A stretch of DNA of 64,000 bases, taken from the NCBI RefSeq assembly GCF_964204645.1, contig NC_134030.1:12979947-13043946 (forward strand), written 5' to 3'. The translations under genes and the position numbers were made by a program. Origin of the DNA: Tubulanus polymorphus (taxonomy: Eukaryota; Animalia; Nemertea). The notes under the pieces were generated by a model. It had not been told where the DNA came from. It saw only the letters and a list, made by a program, of their open reading frames with translations, and ran no database searches. Shown here piece after piece: positions 40,124-52,529 of the stretch; positions within the stretch are counted from its first letter, which is position 1, and each line of letters opens with the position of its first letter.

Positions 40124-42625
40124 TCAATTGCGTATCAGTGGCACAGTTTGTGGTTCACGGAGAAAGTGGCGTGCCCCATCGGAATCATCCGAGGAAACGT
40201 CCGTTTCTCCATCAAATATGTCCGTCGTCACTTTGTTTCTGGCTGAACAGTAGATTCTTTCACCAAGAGTAGGTCGCCAATTATATAGCTGGTCATCACT
40301 TCCGCTCTCGGCTTCAACTGTACCGTCACTTTCTGGGTCAGTGGCGGATGACGTATCAGACCTTACTCTGACACTTTTGGGTAATGAGGTGACCCTCACT
40401 CGCTGCTGAAGAGCTGCCTCCTCCTCATCGCTGGAATCGTACTCTTCGCTGAGTGGATTGTCGTTTATAACAGAATAGTCGATTGGATTCAAACACGATA
40501 CGCACTGGTTATTCAAATCACCGAAACATACCAAACAGTAAACACTGGTACATCCATCGTTATTGCAGTGTTTGAATGTCTCTTTATCGTATGGCATACC
40601 TGGTTGAGAGCAACTTGTACAATATTTTCGCTCATATCCATAAAATGCTAGGATTTTTCTGCATATTGTGAACTGAGCTGCCATACGACTTCGAAAACTT
40701 ATCTTCTCTATTCTAGCATCGCACATACGCTTACGATGCAATTGCCTTTTTAAGAATTTGTTGAGGGAATGCTGCTTGACGTATAAATGATTGTAGAGCC
40801 AGCAGGCCCGCGTCCGCTCTCTATCCGGATAATAGCACGAGGCTATAACGTGCCGTAATCTCAATCCGTAGGCTTCCATAACAACCATAAACAAACAAAC
40901 TCCGTATATTGTAAATATAGTCGCGTATGAATCGTAATCTGGCAAGTGAGGGTGGGGTAAACAGCCGGTAGTATCGAGATCCATTTTAACGTGCGAAAAA
41001 GGATCGAATTGTTGTATGAGATGTCGGTACATACTTGCTAGCGCTCCATCGCCCTGCACGTGGATGGCGGTCCTCGCCGGCCTGTCTTGGTAGATTTTAA
41101 CTTCAGCGTGTTTTTTAATCAAGTATAGCAACCAGTACAGTCCGTAATCACAGGCCAAATAGAATACAGTATGCAATAACATTCCCGCTAGGAATACTAC
41201 ACCAGTTATCAACTTAACTTTCTCAGGCCCAACCAGAAAAGGTGACAGAGACGAGGCATATTTCTTAGTAAGTTTGCCGCTAAGGGGAAATATTGTCGAA
41301 TGCCCGATTTCAGATCTTCGCTCGTCGATATCGCGTAAATAGAACGATAAATACCGATTGTCAAAACGGTCATTCGTGCAGTATTTATGTCTGTAAATGA
41401 TTGCCTTCACGACTATCCATAACAACATCAATGATGCAACAATACCAAACAGGCTGCCAACATCATCGATGACTTCCAACTGTGAGCGAATGCGATCCAT
41501 GATTTTAGCACGAACTTCCGCGTACGACTGGCTTTGCATTTCCGTATAGTTATATTTATATGTCAGAGTGATATTGACGTAGAATAAAGCGTTTACGTCT
41601 TTAATCGTTGACATAACTTTTGTCTTAACGTTGTTGACTATAGTTGACTTTATAGCATCGGTTATGGAACAAAACAATTCGGCGACTCTAGCCAAATGAC
41701 AAACGTGTCGAAAAATATAAGCCACATGGCAGAGGAATTTCATCGAGCCCATTATACGTTTGCAGTTTTCGTTGGCCATTTCGAAGCCTTTTTTGCATCG
41801 CTTGTACGGTCCACCCATATTTTCGTTGCATATATTCACTAGATTATTCAACCAAGAAGTCACTCGCTTGATAGCGGCAAAAATCTCATCGAATGTCGCT
41901 TTCAAAGCAAGAAACGCACGCTTTATTTCGTTGATAAATCGTATTAATCCACAAATAGCTTCTTTGACCGCGGAAATGACCCGATAGACTGGTGATAAGG
42001 CCAGCTCTTCGAGCTGCGAAGTACTGTTCGCTGCTAATTCTTGCCCACATGTGGTACTGTCAGCCAAAACCTGTAGATTATGCGTGAAGTTCATCATCGG
42101 ACCATGCATAACAAGAATTAGAGCATATGCCATCAGAAACGCACGTCCTCTACTGGATAATAGCTGAGGCAACATCAGCATTACGATGCAGCGAATTTCA
42201 GCAAAGAACGCCATTCCCAGCACTAGTATGAACCCGACTACAGCGCCTAAAATTGTGGACGTCCTTCCGGTAAATTTCAGTTGATGAAATAGCAACAAAA
42301 ACACCAACAGCGTCAAAGATATACCAGCAAAAAATCCAAAAACACTTTTTAATACGTCGTTTTCATACGTGCCGTCCAAACCTAGTCGGCCAAGAGTCGT
42401 TCTGGAATGCTTGCGACGAACAGCTTTCCGTCTATTGCGGTCGTAGATGCAGCATGGACAGCACGTATTTACGGTGAGTTCACGAAAGCAACTGGTACAG
42501 TCGTCCTGCCACGAATTTATTGGGGCCAAGCCCATTCGCGCTCGTTCCTGGTTCATTTTCACTCGTGCCATTTTGTTGGCGGCATTCTTAGCGTGGAAGG
42601 CCGCCTGGATCCCTTTCCAAACCAT
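40124..42625 (-). CDS. DCST2: DC-STAMP domain-containing protein, DCST2/spe-42-like, single coding exon (~833 aa)
   Basis: Uninterrupted ORF; first ATG at 42625 (the ORF track start at 42706 is TTG). Multiple TM segments, Cys-rich extracellular loop, FDNRY motif, AYGLRLRHVIASCYYPDRERTRACWLYN and a C-terminal 8-Cys RING-like region. YYP...R...LYN resembles DCST2 more than DCST1. Confidence 0.85.
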   Translation of the reverse strand: MVWKGIQAAFHAKNAANKMARVKMNQERARMGLAPINSWQDDCTSCFRELTVNTCCPCCIYDRNRRKAVRRKHSRTTLGRLGLDGTYENDVLKSVFGFFAGISLTLLVFLLLFHQLKFTGRTSTILGAVVGFILVLGMAFFAEIRCIVMLMLPQLLSSRGRAFLMAYALILVMHGPMMNFTHNLQVLADSTTCGQELAANSTSQLEELALSPVYRVISAVKEAICGLIRFINEIKRAFLALKATFDEIFAAIKRVTSWLNNLVNICNENMGGPYKRCKKGFEMANENCKRIMGSMKFLCHVAYIFRHVCHLARVAELFCSITDAIKSTIVNNVKTKVMSTIKDVNALFYVNITLTYKYNYTEMQSQSYAEVRAKIMDRIRSQLEVIDDVGSLFGIVASLMLLWIVVKAIIYRHKYCTNDRFDNRYLSFYLRDIDERRSEIGHSTIFPLSGKLTKKYASSLSPFLVGPEKVKLITGVVFLAGMLLHTVFYLACDYGLYWLLYLIKKHAEVKIYQDRPARTAIHVQGDGALASMYRHLIQQFDPFSHVKMDLDTTGCLPHPHLPDYDSYATIFTIYGVCLFMVVMEAYGLRLRHVIASCYYPDRERTRACWLYNHLYVKQHSLNKFLKRQLHRKRMCDARIEKISFRSRMAAQFTICRKILAFYGYERKYCTSCSQPGMPYDKETFKHCNNDGCTSVYCLVCFGDLNNQCVSCLNPIDYSVINDNPLSEEYDSSDEEEAALQQRVRVTSLPKSVRVRSDTSSATDPESDGTVEAESGSDDQLYNWRPTLGERIYCSARNKVTTDIFDGETDVSSDDSDGARHFLREPQTVPLIRN

Positions 42626-42750
42626 ACTTCTATATTCAATACTTGAGGAGGAGAAAACTGTGTCTGCTATCTTTGCAAGAAACGAATTTTTAGAAATCGA
42701 CAACAATGTAGGTCGTCTGATGGTCGTTATGGATTATCCATGTAAAACTG

Positions 42751-42883
42751 GGGCCGGTTGCATAGTCATGGCTTAGACTTAAGACCAGTCTAAGACCAAT
42801 TTGGTTCTATAGCCAAACCAACAATTTCAGTCTTAAAATTTAAGACCACTTTTGGACTTAAGTCACGACTGTGCAACTGGCCC
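42751..42883. mobile_element. PIF/Harbinger-like MITE
   Basis: TIR gggccggttgcatagtc / gactgtgcaactggccc; TSD ctg. Confidence 0.8.
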
Positions 42884-42949
42884 CTGGGTCCTGAAGAAGT
42901 TGAATGTGGATCGAATAGACAAATGTGGACCAAGCCGACCGGTCGTTAA

Positions 42950-43100
42950 TGTTTCATTGCCGATTGCCGACCCGAGAAATGGTCGACAATCAGGTTTCTG
43001 ATTGCCGATTGCCGATTGCCGACCCGAGAAATGGTCGACTATCAAGTTTCCGATTGCCGATTGCCGACCCGAGAAATGGTCGACAATCAGGTTTCTGGCG
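42950..43100. repeat. ~48-52-bp minisatellite (x3); diverged relatives at 45035-45310
   Basis: ccgattgccgacccgagaaatggtcgac repeated three times. Confidence 0.85.
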
Positions 43101-44136
43101 GCAATTTGAAACCGAACCACTCCCCTCGTTTAAGAAAACCCTGCACGATGGAACTATTTTGACCTATTCTGGAGTTGAACCGAACGATGAATGCTTTAAA
43201 ACATATCCTGCAGTGTTTAGGCCAAAAATGATACCTTGTTTCTCCACTATGTTGACCCGGCCGCCGCCTCCCTGTACAATACTTTTCTTATAGCCAAGGT
43301 ATTCATTTTTAGCCTATAGGCTTCATTATTGATTTACTGGAAACTATCGCTTTGAATTGACGCTTATCATTGACGCTTATTGACGCATATCCATAAAGCG
43401 AATCATGTTGTTTGAAACACGATGGAGGAAATGAAATAATGACCACACACTATAGATTCCCGATGTATATTTATCAACTTTCAGACCGACTCAAAATGTA
43501 AATAGGCTAAAAACCTTCCAATTTAAGAACATCAATTCTTGAATACTTTTGAAAGATCATTTACATGAACCGCAAAAATTTCGACGGTCGCGTGGCGTTA
43601 TAACGAGCTTTGACTATAGTATGGTCGTGTTTGAAATATGACCATTTCGTTTCGTATTTCGTTTCGTACTTTAGCACTACTCGCAAAGCATTTCGTAATT
43701 TCGTAGTTAGTATCGTAATTTCGTTTCATATTTCGTAATTTCGTACTCTAGCAGGACCTAACATTGAGTAGAAAATAAATTGATGAATTTAATTTTTTCG
43801 AGAAGGAAAAAGATTGTTAACACATTTTTATATGGTAGTGGCGCTCATACACTCGAAATATGCAGTGCACGTCGGGAGCGCACGTGTTGCTAACAGGGCT
43901 CAGTTATAGTATACAGAAAAGTAGGACGATGAGACTTATCACCAAAAAAAAATCAATGCGCCATAGATCGCTGTAGGTTAGTTTTACTTGCCGACATTGG
44001 GAAAGAGAAATTTTTACGTAATACGTAAAAATTTCTCTTTCCCAAACTTTCTTAAAACTACCATACGGTATGGTAGTTTTAAGAAATAGATTTTCAATGA
44101 AAGTTAGTTTTACTTGCTGGGATCGAGGGACTGGAT

Positions 44137-44137
44137 G

Positions 44138-44169
<32 letters not shown>

Positions 44170-44190
44170 TGTGTGTGCGCGTGCGTGTGG
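44137..44190. repeat. (GT)n/(GCGT)n microsatellite
   Basis: Seen directly. Confidence 0.95.
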
Positions 44191-47100
44191 ATGTATATCG
44201 TGGAATTATCGAACCGTCGAATCGTCGGACTGTCAAATCGTCGAAATGTGGAACGAATCAAGCCCCACGGCCCCAGCCACTTAACGTAAAAGGAAATTGG
44301 TTCATACATCCAAGCTAACAAAAAACCTTCAAAATCGTTTTCTAAAAGTTTTTTACTAACATTTTAACGTTAATGTTTAACGTTCGTGCAACGTTTGTAT
44401 AATGTTTTCGTGTAAATGTTTTAAGGTTCACAGAACGTTTTTGATAACGTTGATTGAACGTTACTTCACAACCTCTCTGCAACCATTGAGCTTGATAAAA
44501 ACGTTCCAATAAGGTTTGTATGACGTTACATTATAACCATGCTGTCCTCTTTCATGGGTTCGAATTAATCCCTTTCAACTAACGTCAATATTTGAATAAT
44601 TTTACCTAACTTTTATTTTGAAACTACGTATATACATATATAATATCGAAAATATTCACTCGTAAGTTAGTCCTCCAGTGCACCAGTCGTCGTCGTTACA
44701 TCGTAGCTGGCAGCCTTTGTGATTCCTAAAATAAAAAGGAAATAATGAAGAAATTTTTATTTTCATTGTTGTGTCAGCTGGGATGTATACAGAAATTTAA
44801 GCCGAAATGTCGTTGACAGTGTTTCTGATTGTCGGATTATCCCACAATCACAGCATCTATATCATTGCATCTACACACCCTCACAATCACATCATAAATA
44901 AAACCACAATCACATCCACTCACGGTCATAGCATCCACATCATCCTCACAATCCCAGTGTCCATTATCACTCTCACAATCACAACATCTATATTACCTTA
45001 AAACCACAGCATCTATGTCACCCTGATTTCATCCACGGCCGATTGTCGACGTGAGCTGGTGACATCAATATCACACCACAATCACAGCATCTATATCACC
45101 TCACAATCACAGCATCTATGTCACCCTGGGTTCACCCACTGCCGATTGTCGACGAGAGTTGGTCGACATTCAGGTTTCTGATAGCCGACATTCGTTTCGA
45201 CAATTGGTAGACTAATCAGGGTGCGTTGTTTCTGATTGCCGATCGTCGACGTAAGAATCGGTCGACTATGATGATGCACGTATTCTGACTGGCCATTGCT
45301 GATTGTCGACTTGTGAAAACTGCTTCACGTGCCTCCTTCTATCGGCCAGCGCGTAGTAATTCTTTTCGCGGTGAAATGTCTTGCGACTAAACCGGATACC
45401 GGAGGTAAGCCAAGTTTTCAACGACCTAATCTATTTCTAAATATCATGAACTAAACACCATTGTGAAATCAAACAAATTCTAAACCACCCGATCCAAAAG
45501 CGTGACGCAATTCTACTATGACGTAGTTCTACAACGATTCCCATGAGCTTCAATTCAAACCGGACGCCAAGTGACGTCATTTTTTCGATTTTTTCAGCTA
45601 GTTAGATTCGGTTAAGAAGACACTTTGCAGTAAACGCATTATTAGGGCCTATGCGTTTATCGAAGGGACATCCTCCGGCGCCCGTCCGTCTAGGACTGAA
45701 ATAGACTGGCAGTTGAACTAAAACGATGATTTTGAATCCATCTTAACCACTATTTAAGGAATGCAAAAAGTGTTCATTGATAGGGGTTGAATAAAGAAAA
45801 AAAGACTCCTTGCTATGAAAGTTAAGCAATGCCTACATACCAAATTTCAATTGGTAGGCATAAAAACATATTGTTAAATGTAATTTTATTCAAAAGGAGG
45901 GCGTCTCTTCTATCATGCAACCCTTTAAATGGAGACTTGTGCAATCCTTCAATACAGGTCAAGTTCATTATTTGCATTGAATAGTTCCTGCAAAGACTTA
46001 TCACGTCGGACTGGTATTCGTTATCAGTCTGCCAATATTGGATTTATTAAAATCTTACCTATTGCGCCATACGGACGTAAAGACATACCAACAAACCAAC
46101 ATACCCACGACCGACGGGTATTTGTGAGATTTCCAATAATGGAATAATGGAACCCTCCATGGTTCCGTCGTAACGTTTAATACAGTTAGCCATCTTAGAA
46201 ATAGGTCCGAATTTAGCAACGGTGCTCAAACCCGCGACCGACATTTTCGGACCATATAATTTTGGGTCAAGTCCAGCATCTAGAGGAAAATAGTAAAGGT
46301 GTGTTTGATTTTGAAATGGTGCGATTCCGCCAGAAATTAGACACTCAAACGCAGTCTCATATCAATGTTCGTTTGATATACCCTTTCGTTACACGTGATA
46401 ACGCCAAGAGCTGAAAACTCAACCACAGGATAATGAGTGTAAAATATAAGCAATACAATGTAGTACCCAACATAACAGTCATTGTACACAACACCAGCCA
46501 AAGTCTTCAGTCTAAGCCGTGACTGTGCAACTCACCCAGGTAAATTTTACTACATGTATTTCTAGTGGTGCAGCTGGGAATTGAATTCACAGGATCAAAC
46601 ACTAGTATCTGTCAGCTACGAGCAATTATGGTTCAGATAATTGCTCGTAGCTGTCAGACAATCATGCCTGATAAAAAATCTCCATCATGAGTCAGTCTGT
46701 CGAATAAATGGGATATGATCTGATGCCAATCACGCATCAAAGATCGAAAACATAAGGTTTGTTTCAATAGATGCTCGATAGGTGGCTGTATACGTCAGCA
46801 CGGTTTTAGCTTGTATGTACCGTTTTTCATTTAAGTCAAAGTCAAACATTATGTATTCTGAATCACAATTGATCAAGTCAAATTGCGGTGGCAGTGATGA
46901 TCTTGTTTGACGTTAGTTCAATGCCAAAATGTGAAAAATCAACATGATTATTTTCCACTGGATCTACTGTATTCTGAACTGAACGAAATGTAGGCTACAT
47001 ATATAGAGTAATCCGTTACATGCGTTATACCGTTTTATACGATACTTCAAATTCCAAGTAGCCATCTTAAAGGTGCAACAATCTCACACTCAGGCTAATT

Positions 47101-47404
47101 GTTAAATGATTCTTATTCCTTATGCTCCGGTTTAAAACCAGGAATAACACATACATTTATCATAAAACAAAAAAGATTAATGCGGATTGATAAGAGACCC
47201 GGTGGAAACAACAGTGCTTAGAGATGGAGTAGTTTTTGCAGCCGATTGAGATCCTAAACTTGTGATGCCACTACGGGAGTTGTTCGGAGTAATGACTTGT
47301 TGTCGCAAAGACATAAGCGGTGCGCTGGTCGCTGGAATGAAAAAGTGAGAATCATGAATTAGAATTATGACGTTTCGGTTCGCGATTTAAGGATAAACGT
47401 CTAG

Positions 47405-47990
47405 GATCCAGTTGCACAGTAGTGAGTTAACTCTGAGTCATCCTCCTCGGCAGGGATTCGAACCTGATGGCATCGAGACTGTCAAGGGGAACCCTGCCCT
47501 TGAGTACCTCGAGTGCCCAGCTACATGCGCTCATCAGATGATGCCATTATAAGTCATTCAGAAATCCCGTTTTATTTTAGGCAAGGCTTTTTCACTTAAA
47601 AGTTTTTCCTTGAAATTTTTCTTAGCGATCATACGTATACAACGGGCTGATTGGACCACGCGTTTCTTGGGGCAAGCATGTGCATGTACCTGCGCACTCG
47701 GGCTAGTGTGAGACCCGATATTGAGACCCGGTGAAAAGGGCAATAATCATTAAAAAGAGGCACTATATGCACGAGTAGCGAGCGCCGGAAATTTTTGAAA
47801 AATAAACCCCGCAGGATTTGAACTTTTTTGATAGGAAACTTTTTCGGGGACCATCTGAAGATCTAAAAGGAAGCGCGAACTCCAGGTGCTATCCCCTTGA
47901 TCCGCGCCTAAATCCCTGCCGAGGGATAATGACCCTGAGATAATATCAATTACTTCGTATGGTTTACCTTAAATCCTGTGGAACCGGGTC
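47405..47990. mobile_element. Harbinger-like MITE with a nested TIR element (~47440-47928)
   Basis: Outer gatccagttgcacag / ctgtggaaccgggtc; inner ctcggcagggatt / aatccctgccgag. Confidence 0.6.
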
Positions 47991-48397
47991 CAGACTGTTG
48001 TTTCCCCCTATATATACATCGTTTCCCCGCAAATATGTCGAAATAAACTATTTTACAATTGCTAGCCGCCATTTTGTTCTGACAACTATGGCAACATTAC
48101 AACCGTGGTGAATCTCTATTAATAGGGAGGGAGAGAGACTGCTATATTACTATCAGCGTTCAACATTTCGTTTTTCTGAGCAAACAGACTCTAAGAGTCT
48201 GTTAGCCGGGGCTCTAAGTTGTCGAATCTGATAGAAGATGAATTCTATGTGGCGAAAAAGTGGAAAATATGTAATAATAATAATCAACAGAATTATCAAA
48301 AGTGTTTTCGACGAATGTCAGAAAACCCGGACTATATACTGAAATTAGTAATAATAACCACAATTATACTAATAATCATAAAAATAATAATGTAGTG

Positions 48398-48487
48398 TAA
48401 TAATAATAATAATAATGATGATGATGGTGATGGTGATGGTGATGGTGATGGTGATGGTGATGGTGATGGTGATGGTGATGGTGATGG

Positions 48488-48525
<38 letters not shown>
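48398..48525. repeat. (TAA)n(TGA)n(TGGTGA)n compound microsatellite
   Basis: Seen directly. Confidence 0.97.
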
Positions 48526-48999
48526 ATTACTACCATTATACTGATGACATTCTCTCGTCAAACTATTGTTTAAACGTTACCGAAATGCGATAGTGTCTTT
48601 GCAAACACGATAACGACATTTTGAGTTGCAATATCAACTTACGAAGTCAAAATTTCGAGTTTATAAGTCAACATTTTAACTTCGATAAAAAGATAATATG
48701 ACCACAATCATGCTCTTCCGTACAAATACCCTCCTTTAAGTCAAATTTAAAATCTATAGATATCTTGAGATTGGTCACCGATCAGATGACAATCTCGTAC
48801 ATTTTGTAGATTTGTAATCAAAATTGATTATTTATTGAATTCTTTGTTGTCGCAGGTTCCTTTTTGTTTCTGCGTGGATCGGAGTTCGTCGGAGTGCGTG
48901 TTGTAGGTCGCCTCGACAAACCTTCACGCAGAGAAAATCGACCCGTCACATTGGCCATTCAATTGCAGCGCATCAGCGCTGTTCGTTTATTTCATTTTC

Positions 49000-49280
49000 G
49001 ATATTGTAATCTTAACAAAATCGGCGATGAATTTCATTTTCTTTTTGGATGTTTCAAATTAAACAATATACGAAGGGCTTTCCTCGCACATTTTTATGTA
49101 AAAACACCTAACACTGTTAGAATGTCACGATTACTTAATGCTGTAAATAACAATATCCTAATTAAACTCGTAAATTGTAAATTATGGCCTCAAGTTACGT
49201 AAGTAAATAACCTTTATATGCGTTTAGTTCTCTTATCATTCTATCCTGTATATTCTGTTCCTTTACTTTAAAGTTTTGTA
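49000..49280 (+). mobile_element. Non-LTR retrotransposon 3' remnant (CCHC knuckle; RTE-X/Tx1-like)
   Basis: CNLNKIGDEFHFLFGC..L...R motif. Confidence 0.6.
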
Positions 49281-49398
49281 AATTATTAGATATTGATTTC
49301 TTTCGAAAATCAATTCTAAAAATAACAGACTTTAAAGTTGACTACCCTGAATTGCTCAACCGTGACAAAAACTGGCCCTATTTCTTTTCATCGCTCTG

Positions 49399-49533
49399 GG
49401 GCCGGTTCCATAGTCATGGCTTAGACGAAAGACCACTCTAAGACTATCTTAGCTCTATAGCAAATCTAAAAGCTCAAGACCAGTAAGGTTTAAAGGTGAC
49501 TTTTGTACTTAAGTCTCGACTATGGAACCGGCC
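49399..49533. mobile_element. PIF/Harbinger-like MITE (same family as 42751)
   Basis: gggccggttccatagtc / gactatggaaccggcc; ctg flanks. Confidence 0.8.
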
Positions 49534-50111
49534 CTGATGTTGCATCGTTGCAAGTTAAAGGGATGAATATTTCCAATTATTGAAAACTAGAGAAATACTA
49601 GGTATTGTTGCCAAAACTGTCAAAATCCGTCGATGGACCACTGAAATATGAACACACGCAACACAAATAATTTTCCCAAAAGGGATATGACCTAACTTTG
49701 CAGAAAAAGAGTATCCTAACAAAATGGCGACTAGCAGCTGTGAAATGGTTTATGATATTTTGATTTTAAATTTAACGGAGAACATTTCAACCATGATTAG
49801 ATTGCAGCAGAGGATACTAAATCTGCCAGAGTTATCCATCGATCAAAATTGTTTATAAAAAGCGAAGTTGCCTATAACGGTTAATTGATGCTTCCTTCCC
49901 AACTTAGAAAACTAATAATTGTAGATGATTACAATAAGGAACGTTTGCTCTCCAACCGTGTCCTCAATTAAATTAATCTATTTGACACCCCAATATATTA
50001 TCGCAGTGGCTCCAAACATTGTTGAAAGAGTTTCCGAACATTGCTATCGATGACCATGCAGATGGGAATGACGATAATTTGTCGAGGAAGGGCAATTGAT
50101 TAGCTACAAAA

Positions 50112-50552
50112 CTAATTAAACAAACTTTCACCTCGATTGTTTTCTTTTTTGGTTTTTGGTTGTTTTGGCGAAGCGTAGAAAATTTTCCCTGACGGATGTT
50201 TCGCGTTAATTGAACCAACGTCTCGGCGTCTCATATAGTCTGATATATGCCTTGATGAGCCTCCCTGTTGACGCTGACAACGTTGACGTGATCGTTTCTG
50301 TGGCATATGCCGACGAACCAATTCGACGATATCTTCGCGGAATAAATTCCATTCGGTTTGCTGCATGAAATGGCGGCAGAGTTCGTCGTCCGACGGGTAC
50401 AATTTCTGCGATAGTTTCTCGACTCGTTTCACTGTGTCGATGTCCATCAGTTGCTTAAATCTGGATTTAGGGACTCGGACTACTTCACCACCTTTGCTTA
50501 TAAGCGAATAGCGTTTTGTAGCTGCTTTCTCATTTAGAACAGATGTCATTCC
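50112..50552 (-). CDS. CNBD2-like gene, last coding exon
   Basis: Follows an 80-bp intron; tgcag acceptor; GMTSV...YSLISKGGEVVRVPKSRF...YPSDDELCRHF...W..FREDIV to the stop codon. Confidence 0.82.
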   Translation of the reverse strand, partial: GMTSVLNEKAATKRYSLISKGGEVVRVPKSRFKQLMDIDTVKRVEKLSQKLYPSDDELCRHFMQQTEWNLFREDIVELVRRHMPQKRSRQRCQRQQGGSSRHISDYMRRRDVGSINAKHPSGKIFYASPKQPKTKKENNRGESLFN

Positions 50553-50632
50553 CTGCATATTGATATAAGTCATTCATACATATGAATGGTTTTCAAGTCA
50601 CATGTGAAACTCACCCAATTTTGAATACTTAC

Positions 50633-51358
50633 AAATACTTCACCCGGTAATACGTGATCAATTTTTACGAATAGTCCAATTCCAATGAAGCCATCATCAC
50701 CGACATCGTCTTCAATAAATGAATTCGAACGTACTAGCGTCGACCTTCTGCGAACGCGTCGCAAATGAGCCGATGGTGACGGTGAAGGAGAAGAATCATT
50801 CTGTGGTACTGAGGTTGATATTGTTACTCGCGCATTCTTAGACGCTGGGCTAGCACTATGAACGCGGCGTATTTCTAAATCGCTCGCTTTCTTAATCATT
50901 ATGCTTGTGGAAGTCGCAGAATCAATCCCGTTAGCAAATACGTAATCGTCGATTTTCTCATCTGTAACACTTATATTTACTGAAGTTGCAGGTCTAAGAT
51001 ACAACTGTGCCGATTTTGTATAATGTTCTTTTAATTGTTCGGAGCTCTGAATCGCATGAGTTGACGTAAGTTGTACGTTGCGTGCATAGTACGTTCGTAA
51101 TTGCTCTGTATTTTTCGGTTTTTCAGCAAGCGACAGCTGACGAATCAGGGATATATTACCCCCGGTGTCTTTCCCTTGTGCTTGGTCCCACGCCTGTTTC
51201 TCGGCTAAGCTACTGCGACAGTAACCTAAGGATGTCTCCATATCTAGTATGATTGATGGAAGGTCGTTATCCCGAGTTGGCCGTCTGTCTTCTGGGAGAA
51301 AATCATCAAAATCTGGGCAGCGTGTTAAATCGATCAATCTCAAAACGTCGCAACTCCC
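50633..51358 (-). CDS. CNBD2-like gene exon (242 codons)
   Basis: tttcag acceptor; GSCDVLRLIDL...GLFVKIDHVLPGEVF; gtaagt donor. Confidence 0.85.
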
Positions 51359-52529
51359 CTGAAATGACATTGAAAAATGAATATGCTATGACAAAACATG
51401 ATATCGTGGGCCTATTATTGTTATGAAGATGAAAACGCGTATTCCTACGTTTTGGAGGTAGCGCTTGGGGATAAATATATGTGTACCCACTCGATACATC
51501 ATTACAAGCGTCCAAAAAGAGCTACTGGAAACAACTGTGACAACTATTCCATCTACGATTAAGGTTTTTCGAGCAAACATCGCATTCAAGAATGTTGGTT
51601 GCCGTTTTTGACCCCTTTAAGAGCCCAAAGAGTGCAATGTTGTGACTTTTATAATTTTAGGTTGTTACGAAAAGCTGTCATGCTCGTATTGAAAACTTTG
51701 AAATTTTTTTCAAAAAAAATATTTTGTTGTTGTCAGAATCACCCCTAACGGGTGATCGGAGTCAACAATAAAAGATCCCTGGGGCAATTTATAAGTACCT
51801 GCATTTGGTAAATGTTATAAATTCACATAGGATAACTTAGCAAGGCAATTTTATAGACCTTTAGTAAAAGCTCGGTTTGAAAAAGAGAATAGTAACCATA
51901 ATAATATTAATAATCTGCAGAAAACCCCAGAGAGTGATAATAATAGTAATAGTAATAATTTACAGAATAACAAAAGAGATGGAGAGAGATCCCTAAATAA
52001 GCTTACACAACTTATACATAGATACTTATTATGCGTTACAGGAGTTGTGGGTGAGTCGACGTGCACTGCGGCATCAATATTGGCGTTTAAAAATAGCAAT
52101 TATGTTTATTTTGTAATTGAAAATATTTCATATCCTCCTTATTTTATTTTTAAGTATTGCGTCCGCAACTTATCGACGCTAGACTGGCTGCCGGTCAATC
52201 CAATCACTTAAATCCAAAATAACTTCATTGAACCTAGAATCCATCTCACATCATTCATCGTCAACGATGTAAAGCAACTAACCGTGGACGCAAGTTGGAT
52301 AACCGCTCACTCGTTCAACGGACGTTTTTTAAATATTTGTTCCGACACTATATATGAAATACACAAAATCCAACTGAGATACCGTTTAGGTCAGACCAGT
52401 TTAGACTGGCCTTAATATAGCGTCAATAGATCCGACTTGATCGAAGTATACGTTATGTGTTAGTTTTCAAGGCATCAATAGCCTTTCAAACTATTTCTCT
52501 TGTTAAATATCAAGTGTAGCTATAGAAGC

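Noticed and set aside
42626-42706. N-terminal extension of the DCST ORF from a TTG start
   Set aside because: Non-ATG start with an in-frame stop shortly upstream; the first ATG is at 42625.
48376-48561. Poly-His ORF
   Set aside because: Translation of a TGA/TGGTGA microsatellite.
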